This document shows, piece after piece, positions 1 through 11,669 of a DNA stretch of 64,000 nucleotides. This DNA is from Octopus sinensis (lineage: Eukaryota), in NCBI RefSeq assembly GCF_006345805.1, contig NC_042997.1, positions 59,458,001 to 59,522,000 on the forward strand, given 5' to 3'. The notes under the pieces are model-generated. The model searched no databases and had not been told where the DNA came from. It was given only the letters and a program-made list of their open reading frames with translations. Position 1 is the first letter of the stretch; each line of letters opens with the position of its first letter. A program made the translations under genes and the position numbers.

Positions 1-249
1 TTTCTATTTTAGAGTGTATTCTATTTAATTTATTCATCTATATTTAATGTAGAGTACTTTCATAAATTTCTACCCCAGACAGAACTCTATCTATAAAAAA
101 TGGCTTTGCAACCAAATAGTTTTGAGTTCAGTCTCAGTGTGCAGCACCTTGGACAAGTGTCTTCTGTTAGAGCCTTGGGCTAACCAATGTCTTGTGAGTG
201 AATTTGGTATACAGAAATTGTGTGGAAGTCCATTGTATACATATATATA

Positions 250-456
250 TGAGGGGAAGCTGAAAAGTTTCTGGTTTTAGGTAAAAGAAAAAAAGGGTGG
301 GGGTCAGTTAATTATGATTTTATTCAGCATATTCTCCTCTCAGACTCACACACTTATTGCAGCAGTCCTTCAGTTTTTCTAAGCCCTGTAAATGAACTCA
401 GAAAATTGGGTCTTTCACGATATCCTTAAAGCCAGGAACTTTTCAGCACCCCTACG
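250..456. mobile_element. Tc1/mariner-type MITE (~205 bp)
   Basis: Terminal inverted repeats GAGGGGAAGCTGAAAAGTTTCTGGTTTTA / TAAAGCCAGGAACTTTTCAGCACCCCT in a TA context; a reverse-oriented copy lies at 18065-18260. Confidence 0.75.
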
Positions 457-457
457 A

Positions 458-534
<77 letters not shown>

Positions 535-535
535 C

Positions 536-705
536 CTTTAACCACACATACTTTTCTCAGACTTTTTTTCCTTCTCTCTGCACCTTTCCTCTCTCCTTTT
601 TGTAATGAAGAACCATGCTTGAAACATTATACATTCACTCTTTTTTCCATCTTACACTGAGTGTCAAGCTAATACTTTCCATGTACACATCCTTTTGAGT
701 TTTGT
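536..705 (+). repeat. Pyrimidine-rich repeat with a decayed hammerhead-like motif (Penelope pLTR-like)
   Basis: Near-identical reverse copy at ~17846-18015. GTAATGAAGAACCATGCTTGAAACATT at ~602-628 has the layout of the 53461-53498 hammerhead but a broken core. Confidence 0.45.
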
Positions 706-1350
706 TGTTTTGCTAATTTTAATTAACGATTTGCTTATATATATATATGTATGTATATATGTATGTGTTAATGTATGAATGTGTGTGTGTGTATATGTGT
801 TTCTATTTTGTTTGTCCCCCACACCCACAACTGTTTGACAATTGAATTTGCCTTATTTTCATCTCCATGACTTAGCAGTTTGGTAAAAGAGACCAACAGA
901 ACAAGAACCAGACTTAAGAAATATATACTGTGGTTGATTTGTTTGACTAAACCTTTAAGGTATTGCCCCAGCATGGCCACAGTCCAATGACCAAATCAAG
1001 TAAAAGAAGAAAGATACTGGATAGAGTACCTTCTGGGTCAAAGGTCAGCAGGTCTAGGTCAAATAGGCCACTAAAGTGTTTTCTTTGAGCCTTAGATGTT
1101 TTCTAAGAATTTAAAAAATTTGATGTATTTGTGGGCCATTCAACAGCTGATGGTTTTAAATAGTCTTTTATGTCATGGTTTGTTTAATTTTTGCTTAAAT
1201 AAGCATTGCCAGTGACATGAAAGGAGACAGAATATGTGAGGGTATTTTTATATGTAAGATATGATAAAACATATATGTGAGCCATTGGTAAATCTAAAAC
1301 AAAATATCAAAAATGGGTTGTTACAAAAAGAAATTGTTGATCCCTGCTGT

Positions 1351-1775
1351 CTCTCTTGTACTCTTTTACTTGTTTCAGTCATTTGACTGCGGCCATGCTG
1401 GAGCCCCGCCTTTTTAGTTGAGCAAATTGACCCCAGGACTTATTTTTTGTAAGCCTAGTACTTATTCTATCAGTCTCTTTTGCTGAACCGCTAAGTTATG
1501 GGGACGTAAACACACCAGCATCAGTTGTCAAGCGATGTTGGGGGGACAAACACAGACACACAAACATATATACACACACATACACATATATATATATATA
1601 TACATATATACAACGACTTCTTTCAGTTTCCATCTACCAAATCCACTCACAAGGCTTTGGTTGGCCCGATGCTATAGTAGAAGACACTTGCCCAAGGTGC
1701 CACGCAGTGGGACTGAACCCGGAACCATGTGGTTGGTAAGCAAGCTACTTACCACACAGCTACTCCTGCGCCTAT
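1351..1775 (-). mobile_element. tRNA-derived SINE, family A head + internal microsatellite + family D tail (full length)
   Basis: Minus strand has A-box-like TAGCTGTGTGG, B-box GGTTCAGTCC, CORE-like GGCACCTTGGGCAAGT, a (TA/TG)n linker and a tail ending GAAACAAGTAAAAGA. Many copies occur in the window (e.g. 101-236, 800-1013, 7215-7395, 53805-53930, 54520-54750, 57870-58010). Confidence 0.85.
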
Positions 1776-2944
1776 AGAGTATAAAGTTATGCTTTAGTTG
1801 CTAATTAATTTTAAAGCTGTCACCATCCTTTCAATTCTGTAACAGATTTTTTTCCAGAATATTACTTCTACATTTGTATCAGATTCCTCTTTCATATTTT
1901 AGCACTCAGGCCAAAAAGCACCCAATATACTCTGTAAAGTGGTTGGTGCTAGGAAGAGCATTCAGCCATAGAAACCATTCCAAAATAGACAATGGATCCT
2001 AGGCAGCTTTCTGGCAGGCCAGCTCCTGCCAAACCATCCAACCCATGCCATGATGGAAAATGGATGTTAAATGAAGATGATGATGATGTGTTCTATATAA
2101 GATTCAAGTCTCTGAGCCAGTAGAAGTAAAATATCTAAATAGATAAACTGTCAAACAACCAGCTCATGGATCAAGAGTTCATATCTCATTGCAAGTTCTT
2201 CATTGAATCCACAGGCCAAGAAATCTAATTTTACATGCCTCAGTTTATTTGGCAGGAAATTAGGTGCTAAGACCGGCTGTGATAAACATCATATCGAGGG
2301 AAGGATCTGCATTCTGTAGTCACTTGTGTAGATTTGGCAATAATTTGTACAAGAAGAATTATGTAAACAAACACACGATAGAGCACTTGAGTTAATTGTA
2401 AATAAGATGTTATATTTAGCCTCACTAGAAAATAATTTGGAGTATATTTTACTTTAGTTGTATGAGTGGGTGCCGCTGTTGTTTTACTCTGCAGCAGTTG
2501 TGGTTATTGCTGCTGCTGATAATTGATGAATGATTTTTTAAAAGAAAGCAGGATACAAATAAGTAAAATAAAAAAAATATATAAAACAAAATAACTGAGT
2601 GAAACAAAATATTATTAGTTAAAAATTAATTAAATTATATTAATGTCAGGGATATACTTAATTTGTGCTTTTAGTACTACTTGTTTCTATTTATATATAT
2701 ATATATAAATTTTACATATACCCTACCCCATTAAACCAAAATTCATCTCTTCTCTTTTTCACATTTTCTCTATTTTTTTTTGTTGCAAATGCTTATTTCT
2801 CCCTCTTCGCTTCTATAGCCCAATCCTGTCCTCTCTGTATTACCCACTGTATCATTGCTATCCTGTTGCCCCCAACTCTATATACCCAGGTTTCACCACT
2901 CACTGCATTCTCTCTCTTCCTACTTCTTTGCATTCATATGAACT

Positions 2945-3287
2945 CCCTTGGCATTTGGAAGGGCATCCAACCATTAAAACCATACCAAAATAGGCCTCAC
3001 CAGTGCATGTGCCAGGTAAAAAGCACCTAGTCCAATCTGTAAAGTGGTTGGCTCTAGGAAAAGCATCCAGCCACAAGAACCATGCCAAAACAGACCTCAC
3101 CAGTGGTGGTGCCAGGTAAAAAGCACCCAGTCCATTCTGAAAAATGGTTAGTGTTAAGAAGAGCTTCCAGCTGTAAAAACCATGCAAAGGCAGATAGAGG
3201 AGCTTGGCACAGTCCTCTGGCTTGCCAGCCCCTGTCAAGCTGCCCAACCCATGCCAGCATGGAAAATAGATATTAAATGATGATGAT
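2945..3287 (+). mobile_element. 5'-truncated RTE 3'UTR copy (family C) with internal tandem units and (GAT)n tail
   Basis: Repeats of GTAAAAAGCACC...GGTTGG...AGGAAGGGCATCCAGC ending CCAACCCATGCCAGCATGGAAAA...TGATGATGAT; matches the 3'UTR attached to RTE ORF2 at 6405-6789. Confidence 0.7.
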
Positions 3288-3324
3288 ATATATACATACA
3301 TAAAAGTAACCATATGTATATGAA

Positions 3325-4230
3325 CAGGCTGTTCAGGTTAAATATGACAATGTTTTGTGTCTCTTTTACTTTTCTGGAACAGCTTAATATATTGGTGAAC
3401 AGTCAATTGGCATAGGAGAGCATAAAAATTAAAGTTGTAGTTGAGAATAAGTTAGCTGACATGGAGAACTGGAAGCCATCTAAATATTGGAAAAAAGTTA
3501 ACTGTATCATTATGATTCACACTGGGTATCAAAATGCTGACATTTTGACTGCTGCTCAATACTCTGGGAATATTGTTAAGGTTGTAAGATGTGACGTGGA
3601 CAGCTGCAATGGAGAATACATAACCGTGACCAGTAGGAAAGGACACAGCAGGCGTTCTGACTGCGTTTGCACACCAGAATTCATCCCCATTTCTGTGAAC
3701 AGGGCCTAAAACTAAATTCAAACAGCTACGCAAAGCCACTGGAGATTGTGGTCAATCTGTGGTTGAGGAGGGTAGCTGCTGGAAGGCTACATGTGTGGTA
3801 ACAGGATCTGGATTGTTGCTATAACTCTGGAAAAAGTCAGAAGTGGTTGGTGGAGAATTTTATGACTTTGCCAGGCCCAATTTCTAGTCTCCTAATTCCT
3901 CTGATTGTAATCTCATGGATTACTAAGTGTGGGGCATGGTTGAGAAAGACACCAACCAATATGCCTGCAATACCAAGGTTGAGCTGGTGGCCAAGATCAA
4001 GGAGGTATTCCAAGATCATACCAGGGATACAGTTAGGAATATATGCACCAGATTCTAGAGTTACACTGAGGCTGTGGTGTAAGCCGAGAGTGGCTTCTTT
4101 GAGTAAATTGTTATCTCTCTGCTATAATCGGATTCATATTTTTTGATTTTATAAAATACATTTACTTTTGGATGGGATATTGTTTTATTTTCCCTTTATG
4201 CAAACTGTCAAATTTAGCCCAAACACCCTG
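3325..4230 (+). mobile_element. maT/DD37D (Tc1/mariner superfamily) transposon, internally deleted and decayed
   Basis: 25-bp TIRs CAGGCTGTTCAGGTTAAATATGACA / TGTCAAATTTAGCCCAAACACCCTG. Translation gives VW*QD...SPNSSDCNLMDY*VWG, with 37 residues between the 2nd and 3rd Asp after restoring one frameshift. Confidence 0.85.
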
Positions 4231-4654
4231 GATACAGAAGTGGACTTCCATCATTCAATGTAGTGCTCCAGCATGGCTGCAGTCTGGAACAAGTAAAAGA
4301 ATAAAAGAATATATAAATAAATAAAATGAGGGATGTCTATTTACTTTTGAGATGACTGTGTGTATATGTTTGTGTGTGTGATGATGATGATGATCATCAT
4401 CATTTAATGTTTTTTTTACATGCTGGCATAAGTTGGCCGACCAAAGTGAGTTGGATAGAACACACATTTTGTATAACCTCAGATATTTGAATATAAATGC
4501 ATGCTGATCTACTAAAGTTAGGAATTTGGGAATGATCAAAATTTAGGGAAGTTTTCCATACTGTAAAAAAACTGTTCTATATTTGAGAGATGAGGAATTG
4601 TTTACATTATTTACATTTAACAGATATTTGTCCTCATCTTGTTTGTTGTTAATA

Positions 4655-5471
4655 TATACATGGAATATTTTGAGAATTTGGCTTTAGGATCAACACCACT
4701 AAAACCAACCCTATGGCTGCTATATGTTGATGACACCTTTATACTCTGGCCTCACCAGAAAGATGTCCAAGTACTGTTAGATCATGTGAACTCAATAAAG
4801 CCATCCATACAGTTCACAATGGAAAAGGAAAAAGACAATCAGCTAGCATTCCTGGACATATTAATAACACACACCAAGTATGGATCCAGAGCATCTCTAT
4901 ACTGCAAGCCAAACTTCACTGGACAATACCTCAACTTCAATTCCTACCATCCATACAGTGTAAAGAGAGGGATTGCTCAGTGCCTAAAACATCGAGCAAA
5001 TAATATAAGTAGTGATCCTGATACACACCATTAAGAAATGATCAAGCTAAGTAACAATCCATGAAGCAACAACTACTCCAAAAACATTCTATCCACTCCA
5101 ATTATGAAGAGAAGAGAGGATGAAACTCATAAACTGACCACAGTCTGTCTACCCTATGTGAAAGGCCTCTCCAAAAAGATACAAAAGATATGCAGCCCAT
5201 ATGACATCAGGACAGTATTCAAGAATAATACAACACTTTGCGCATATCTCCTTTGAGTAAAACCACCAATAGAAGAGAATATGACCACTTCTCCCTGTGG
5301 GATGAAGTTAAAATAATAGACAAAGAACATCACTGGAAAATATGAAAACTAAAAGAGGTAGCACATATTCTAGGACATAATAACCTCCTAAGCAAACCTA
5401 GTGTAGATATGAGTAGCATATGGGAACCGGTATTAAGGAAGGATAGAAAAATATTAGACTTATAAGCCCTA
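4655..5471 (+). pseudogene. Penelope-type reverse transcriptase C-terminus and GIY-YIG endonuclease remnant
   Basis: YVDDTFILW...IQFTMEKEKDNQLAFLDILI...KPNFTGQYLNFNSYHP, then LPYVKGLSKKIQKI and WDEVKIIDKEHHWKI*KLKE. Stops and frameshifts are present and the GIY-YIG core is deleted near 5290. Confidence 0.85.
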
Positions 5472-5633
5472 AAATTCACTCCATATTTGCTCACGGGCAT
5501 ATGGCGTAGTGGTTAAGAGTGCAGGCTACTAACCCCAAGATTCCGAGTTTGATTCCAAGCAGTGACCTGAATAATAATAATAACATTGGAAAAATACCTT
5601 AGGAATGAGAACCCAGGTTCAAAATTCACCCAG

Positions 5634-5676
5634 GATATCTGATGAAGGCTGGAAAGTACAACAGCCGAAATGTGTT
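5634..5676 (+). ncRNA. Degenerate type-I hammerhead ribozyme in Penelope pLTR
   Basis: CTGATGA (5639-5645)-a-GGCTG...CAGCC stem II-GAAA (5667-5670); the stem III/cleavage triplet region is eroded (GAAATGTGTT). Confidence 0.55.
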
Positions 5677-6232
5677 AACAAACAAAATGAGAACAAATAT
5701 CCGTCTAATGTAAATAATGTGTAAAAAAGCTTTTGAACTTCTAAGAATTTCTGAATTTAACAAATATACAAGCATTGAGAATTCTCAGGATTTTATTAAT
5801 TTTTCTAAGAATTCCTGCCATAATATTTAAAACTACTTAAAAATAGTAAGACTGTCTTAAAATGACTCATTGATTCAGGAAGTAGTGTTATAAGCAATTT
5901 CTGAAAAACAAGTTGAAAGAGATGAAACTTCTTTGAAAAGAATTTATGAACAGAAACTAACTATTTATGGGACAACAGATTGAAATTATAGAAGAAATAT
6001 TAAAGGAAGGGGGGTGTCAAATAAATTCATTTATTTCCATTTATTTTAATCCTTTCCAATGTTATGTTATTTGATTAACATGAAAAATATTTTTATCATT
6101 GTGTTTTTTCTTGTAGTTTTGTTCAGCCTCTTACTAAATTTGTTTATTACTTTTTAAATTTTAATAAATTTGACCACTTTTTAGGCATATTATAATGGAA
6201 TGCTAAGAAGAGAAAAAAAATGAATTTATTTG

Positions 6233-6397
6233 ATAGGAATGGCTGTGTGGTAAGAAGCTGGCTTCCCAACTACATGGCTCCAGGTTCAGTCCCACTGCAT
6301 GGCACCTTGGGCAAGTGTCTTCTACTATAGCCTCAGGCTGACCAAAGCCTTGTGAGTGGATTTGGTAGACAGAAACTGAAAGATGCCCATCGTGTAT
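6233..6397 (+). mobile_element. SINE family A head
   Basis: GGCTGTGTGGTAAGAAGCTGGCTTCCCAAC...GGTTCAGTCCCACTG...GGCACCTTGGGCAAGTGTCTTC. Confidence 0.8.
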
Positions 6398-6404
6398 ATC
6401 ATTA

Positions 6405-7200
6405 TTATCCTCATTTAGTGTCTGCCCTCTATGCTGGCATTGGTTAGATGGTTTGAAACCTGTAAGCTGGAGAGCTGCAACAGATTCCAATCTGATTTGG
6501 CATAGTTTCTACAGCTGGATGTCCTTCATAATGCCAACCACTCCAAGAGTGTAAATGGGTGCTTTTTACATACCACCAGCACGGGTGCCAGTTACATGTT
6601 ATCGGCATCAACCATGACTATAATTTCATTTGGCTTGACAAGTCTTCTCAAGCACAGCCTATCGCCAAAGGCTACAGTCACTTATCATCTGTGTAGGGCC
6701 CAACATTTGAAAGGTGCTTTTTGCATGTCACCAGTATGGGTGCCTGTTACACAACACTGGCATCAGCCACAACTACAATTTCACTTAGTTTAACAGGTCT
6801 TCTCAAGCACAGCATATCGCCAAAGGTCTCAGTCACTTGTCATTGCTTCTGTGAGGCTCAAAGTTCGAAGATTATGCTTCACCACCTCATCTCATGTCTT
6901 CCTGGGTCTACTTCTTCCACAAGTTCTCTCCACAGTTAGAGATTGGCACTTTTTTACACAGCTGTCCTCATCTATATACATCACATAACCATACTAGTGC
7001 AGTCATCTCTCTTGCACACCACATCTGATGCCTCTTATATCCAGCTTTTCTCTCAGAATGCTTACACTCTGTCATGCATTCACACTGACATTACACATCC
7101 AGCAGAGCATACTCGCTTCATTTCTTTCAAGCCTACACATGTCCTCGGCAGTCACAGTCCATGTTTCACTGCTGTGTAGCAAGGTTATTCACATACAGGC
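6405..7200 (-). mobile_element. RTE-clade LINE 3' end (ORF2 C-terminus + long 3'UTR)
   Basis: One minus frame 7200-6790 reads LLHSSETWTVTAEDMCRLERNEASMLCWMC...GIRCGVQER*LH*YGYV...CGRSRPRKT*DEVVKHNLRTLSLTEAMTSD*DLWRYAVLEKTC*; several stops look like CpG decay (CGA to TGA). Confidence 0.9.
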
Positions 7201-8163
7201 AGGCTGTTTGCATGTCTTTGTGGCTGTCCCTCACTCCCACTTGACAATTGGTGCTGGTGTATTCATGTCACTGTAACTTAAAGGTTTGGCAAAAGAAAGT
7301 GATAGAGTAAGTACCAGGCTTTTAAAAAATAAGTACTCGGGTTGATACATTCGACAAAAAAATTCTTCAAAAGACTGAAACAAGTAAAAGATAAAAGATA
7401 ACCCAATACTATTCAGATTAATTACTATTGATGGATTTTCCAAGAATGTAATTGTAAAAAGTACTTTTATTAGGAAATCTATTACAAATCTAGTATCAGC
7501 AAATATATTCCCTGGGTGAAGGGATAAATTTAGCACTGCCCTCCAGTTGGGAATCCTTATTTAGAGCAAGTTCTTTTGGAATAACACTTTGATGAAGGGC
7601 TCTGCTTGATGTGTTGGATGTTTTCTTTTAGTAAAGCATACTGACATACATCAATGTTTGACATTGTAGATAAATAGTTAGATGAGTAGATATACATACA
7701 TGATAATACACATTTAGAGAGAAGAAAATACACAAATAGCTAACACAGACTAATAGGCAGACATAGACTCAGGCAGACACACACACATACACATTACCAG
7801 TTCCTTTTCTTGTAACATGTTAACATTAAAAAATAAACAAGCAAGTTGTAATAATATTTTCTTAGCTACACCAAACTATATATTACATATTTTCAAGCAG
7901 ATCATCTTAGCTGAAGGATAAAATCTTAAAAACACTACCTCTAACAATTCTGACGTTAAGCATGATAATGAATCTGTGTAACACTATCATTAAATTTCCC
8001 ATACACATGCACACTCACGTATGCACACACAGACATCATCATCATTAAATGTTTGTTTTCCATGCTGGCATGGTTTGGACAGTTCAACAGGAACTAAAGG
8101 ACTTCACCAAGCTCTACTGTGGGCTTTGGTATGATTTCTATGGCTAAATGCCCTTCTTAATAG

Positions 8164-8216
<53 letters not shown>

Positions 8217-8304
8217 CATGGATTATGAAACAGCTGTCAACTAATGGAATAAATGTCTATTCTCTCAGTTCACTTCTCTTATCTGATCAATTTATATATA
8301 TATA

Positions 8305-8450
8305 TTATTGTGTCTAGGGAGAGTTATGATGCCAATATATTTAACACACACACGCTGGTTCAATTCCACTTCTTTATCAAATATCCAATTGTTTTGTTTT
8401 TGTTTGTTTGAGATATTGTGTGCATGCCAGCATGCACATGTGCTTGTGTA
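8305..8450 (+). repeat. Unclassified dispersed repeat family (TGTGTTGAAACA(G/A)AT(A/T)TTGTTGT core)
   Basis: Reverse copy at ~10480-10740; related pieces at ~35780-35945, ~47520-47620 and ~47690-47780. Confidence 0.55.
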
Positions 8451-8539
8451 TGTGTGTGTGTATGTATGTATGTATGTATGTATGGGCCAAACTGACATCC
8501 GCATTTTGTCCAAGTACCCAAAGGACCCATCATTTAGAT

Positions 8540-9323
8540 CAAAGGTTCTCAACCCATTTTGGCAAAAGGCCTCTTTTGACCCTTGGAGTCACAAATGGCA
8601 CCCTTAGAAAATATTTTTATTTTTCAATATACTACTTATTTTGATATCAGGCCAAATCATTCGTTTCTCTTTATAATTTCCAAATAATCTTTTAAATACT
8701 TCAAAATCAAAAATTGTGTAAATGTGTGTGCCAGAAACTAGTTAAAAATCAAGGAAATAGATTTTGGGGATATGTCGTGTTATGACTGACTTTTATTCCA
8801 TTATTCTAATATCTTCTGAAACTTATACATGTATAAATGCATACAGAAATGTACAAATATATATTCACACACACATACATTTTTACAGAGTTTTATCTAC
8901 ATCCTTGTATATATATATATATATATAAATATCTTGGAATATCTACACAATTATGCCCCAAAGATTTGCTTCTTCATAACCTTGAGAAAATTAAATATTT
9001 CTTTTTTATAAATATAATTCAGATCATGTAGATTCCGATTAAATTGGAATTCATTGTGAAAACAATTTGTGCCTGAAGGAGTTTTAGAAAATTCACACCA
9101 TTAAGCTTTGTTGTATATTTATATGTATATATATATATATGTGGGTGTATACATTTTGTTTTAATTATATCTTTATACATGCACATACACACATAAAAAA
9201 CTTACTAAAGTTGAGGGTCTTCCAGCACCTCTTAGCGCTCTCCAAGTCTTAACACTCCCCCTAGTACCCCTTTGCTCCAAAATGCCCCCACTGAGCACCA
9301 AATGGCCTCTGTTGAGAACCTTG
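8540..9323. mobile_element. Possible hAT-type MITE
   Basis: CAAAGGTTCTCAAC at 8540 and GTTGAGAACCTTG at 9311-9323 resemble hAT-Charlie TIRs; no 8-bp TSD is recoverable. Confidence 0.35.
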
Positions 9324-9413
9324 CACAAATACAAGAGTACATCTTCATAAATGAAACATTACTTGTACTAAATAGGAAATACACATAGAAGATAGAGATA
9401 GCCCAATGCCACA

Positions 9414-9664
9414 GATACCTATTTCTTTATTACCTACAAGGGGCTAAACACAGAGAGGACAAACAAGGACAGACATAGGTATTAAGTCGATTACATCGAC
9501 CCCAGTGCGTAACTGGTACTTATTTAATCGACCCCGAAAGGATGAAAGGCAAAGTCGACCTCGGCGGAATTTGAACTCACAACATAACGCAGATGAAATA
9601 CCGCTAAGCATTTCGCCCGGCGTGCTAACGTTTCTGCCAGCTTGCCGCCTTTGCCAGCTCGCCG
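9414..9664 (-). mobile_element. tRNA-derived SINE family B (Meta-domain-like core), young copy
   Basis: Minus strand GGCGGCAAGCTGGCAGAAACGTTAGC...GAGTTCAAATTCC...GACTTTGCCTTTCATCCTTTCGGGGTCGATTAAATAAGTACCAG. CpGs are retained and ~14 bp of the 5' end is duplicated. Confidence 0.85.
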
Positions 9665-9864
9665 ACAGATACCACCCACAGAGCATGCATACATAGGTAC
9701 ATTCGTAAGTAGGCAGTCAAGTAGGTAAATAGGTATATATAGGTTGGACTTTTGGACTTTACTCATAGGGTATTGGAATATTACATATCCTACGTTCTAC
9801 TTGCCTAGTACCTGTCCTCTGAACCACCCCTCCCACTGGTGCTCCCCTATATTTCTGCACCCCC

Positions 9865-10093
9865 CCCATAAAAAGCACCATCCGAACGTGGCCGATGCCA
9901 GACCCCTCTGGCACCTGTGCAGGTGGCACGTAAAAAACACCCACTACACTCGCGGAGGGCATCCAGCTGTAGAAACACTGCCAGACTAGACTGGAGCCTG
10001 GGGCAGTCCCGAGCTCCTCAGACCCCGGTCGAAACCGTCCAACCCGTGCTAGCGCGGAAAACGGACGTTAAACGATGATGATGATGATGATGA
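9865..10093 (+). mobile_element. RTE 3'UTR copy (family C), CpG-rich
   Basis: GAGGGCATCCAGCTGTAGAAACACTGCCAGA...CCAACCCGTGCTAGCGCGGAAAACGGACGTTAAACGATGATGATG. Confidence 0.75.
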
Positions 10094-10763
10094 TACCATT
10101 CTGCCTAAAAAATGGATTTACAACTTCAATATCCCTACATATCTTGCATCTATTTTCTTTCCTCCACCTCACTCTCTATTTTGTATCACATCTAAACTAA
10201 CTATGACTTAACCATCCTCTCACACCATCTCCGATGAAGGGATATATATATATATATATGTAGATAGGTCAGTAGGTGCATAGGTGATACAAAAAGATAA
10301 GCACACACATGCACATACACAAGTGTACCTGCATACTCAAACTGATATATATAAGCACACTCAAATATGCACACACAAGGAAGCAGAGATACACACACAT
10401 ACATAATACACAAATACACAAGCACACACACAAATGCATGAATATGCAGAATACATATGTACATACACAAGCACATGTGCATGCTCGCACACACACCTCC
10501 ACACAACAAGAATGCAAACAAAAAAATGTGACCTCTATAACAGATTAAGTCAATGGTCATTGAAAAGGTTGCAAGAAGCAACGAAAGAACTTTGAAAAAC
10601 AAAACAATTGGATATTTGATAAATGAGTGGAATTGAACCAGTGTGTTAATTATATTGGCATAATGACTCCCCCTAGACACAACAAAATTTGTTTCAACAC
10701 ACAAATTTACCTACAGAATCTTGCAAACCAGATACAAAAACAGTGTGTGTGTGTGTGTGTGTA

Positions 10764-11284
10764 TCGTAAATCTTCGAGTATAGTATGCCCTTGAGTATAA
10801 TACGCAGGGGATTTTTAGGGGGCTGTACCTCTGAAAAACCTAAACCTTTTGTATAATATGCACTCCTTCTCTAACTTGAGTCATGCATAATTAAGCCAGC
10901 AGCACCTAGTCGAACAAACACTTCCGCGCATGCGCAATACAATAATGGTGATGTTCTTAACAGTTATATGGGAATGTAAATATGTTTGCAAATTGTTTTT
11001 GTTACATGTTATTCTGTGTTCTGAATACTTTTATTTTAATAAATGTTGCTTACTGCAAGTTATAGATGATTCTTTTATGACTTCATTGCTTTCAGGCTTA
11101 GCTTAAGGTATTTTCGAGCCTAACATCACAAAATGTGTCTGAATAAACATTGCCAGACAGCAAATAGAGACTTGGACATTGCTTAGAAAATATTTTTCAT
11201 TTTTAACCTCGTATATAGTACACACTAGGGATTTTGACCTTTAAATTTTGGGAAAAAAATGTGGATTATACTCAAGGATTTACG

Positions 11285-11285
<1 letters not shown>
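10764..11285. mobile_element. Tc1/mariner-superfamily (pogo/Tigger-like) MITE, ~520 bp
   Basis: TIRs TCGTAAATCTTCGAGTATA / TATACTCAAGGATTTACGG with TA flank; highly similar second copy at 61305-61813. Confidence 0.85.
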
Positions 11286-11322
<37 letters not shown>

Positions 11323-11669
11323 GATGAACAAAAGTCAAGAAAAAAAAAAGAGATAAGTATGCAAACAATGTTATTAGCTTGATGGTCAAAGAAATAGAAA
11401 GAGTTAATGACCATAATGCTTTGGACATTGTTTTTCTTCAGACAATGGAGAAAGGAAGTAGAAAATACAAGCAAATAGGGAGAAAAAAAATGAAGAGCAA
11501 TTCCAGTGAAAGAAACCATGTGGAGTTGGTCAACAAGCTGGTTGCTGACTGAAAAGTAAGGTGTAGACTAAATATGGTATATTTTTAGACAGGTCAGCAA
11601 ACGCAAGGATAGGCAAATATCTGCATTTACAAGTTGGTGTGTGTGTGTGTACACACACACACATGCATA

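Larger units (their letters stand above)
4561..5722 (+). mobile_element. Penelope-like retroelement, 5'-truncated, with 3' pLTR and inverted 5' pLTR fragment
   Basis: RT/GIY-YIG remnant at 4655-5471. 4590-4648 is the reverse complement of 5672-5722, the inverted-pLTR geometry typical of Penelope insertions. Confidence 0.85.
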
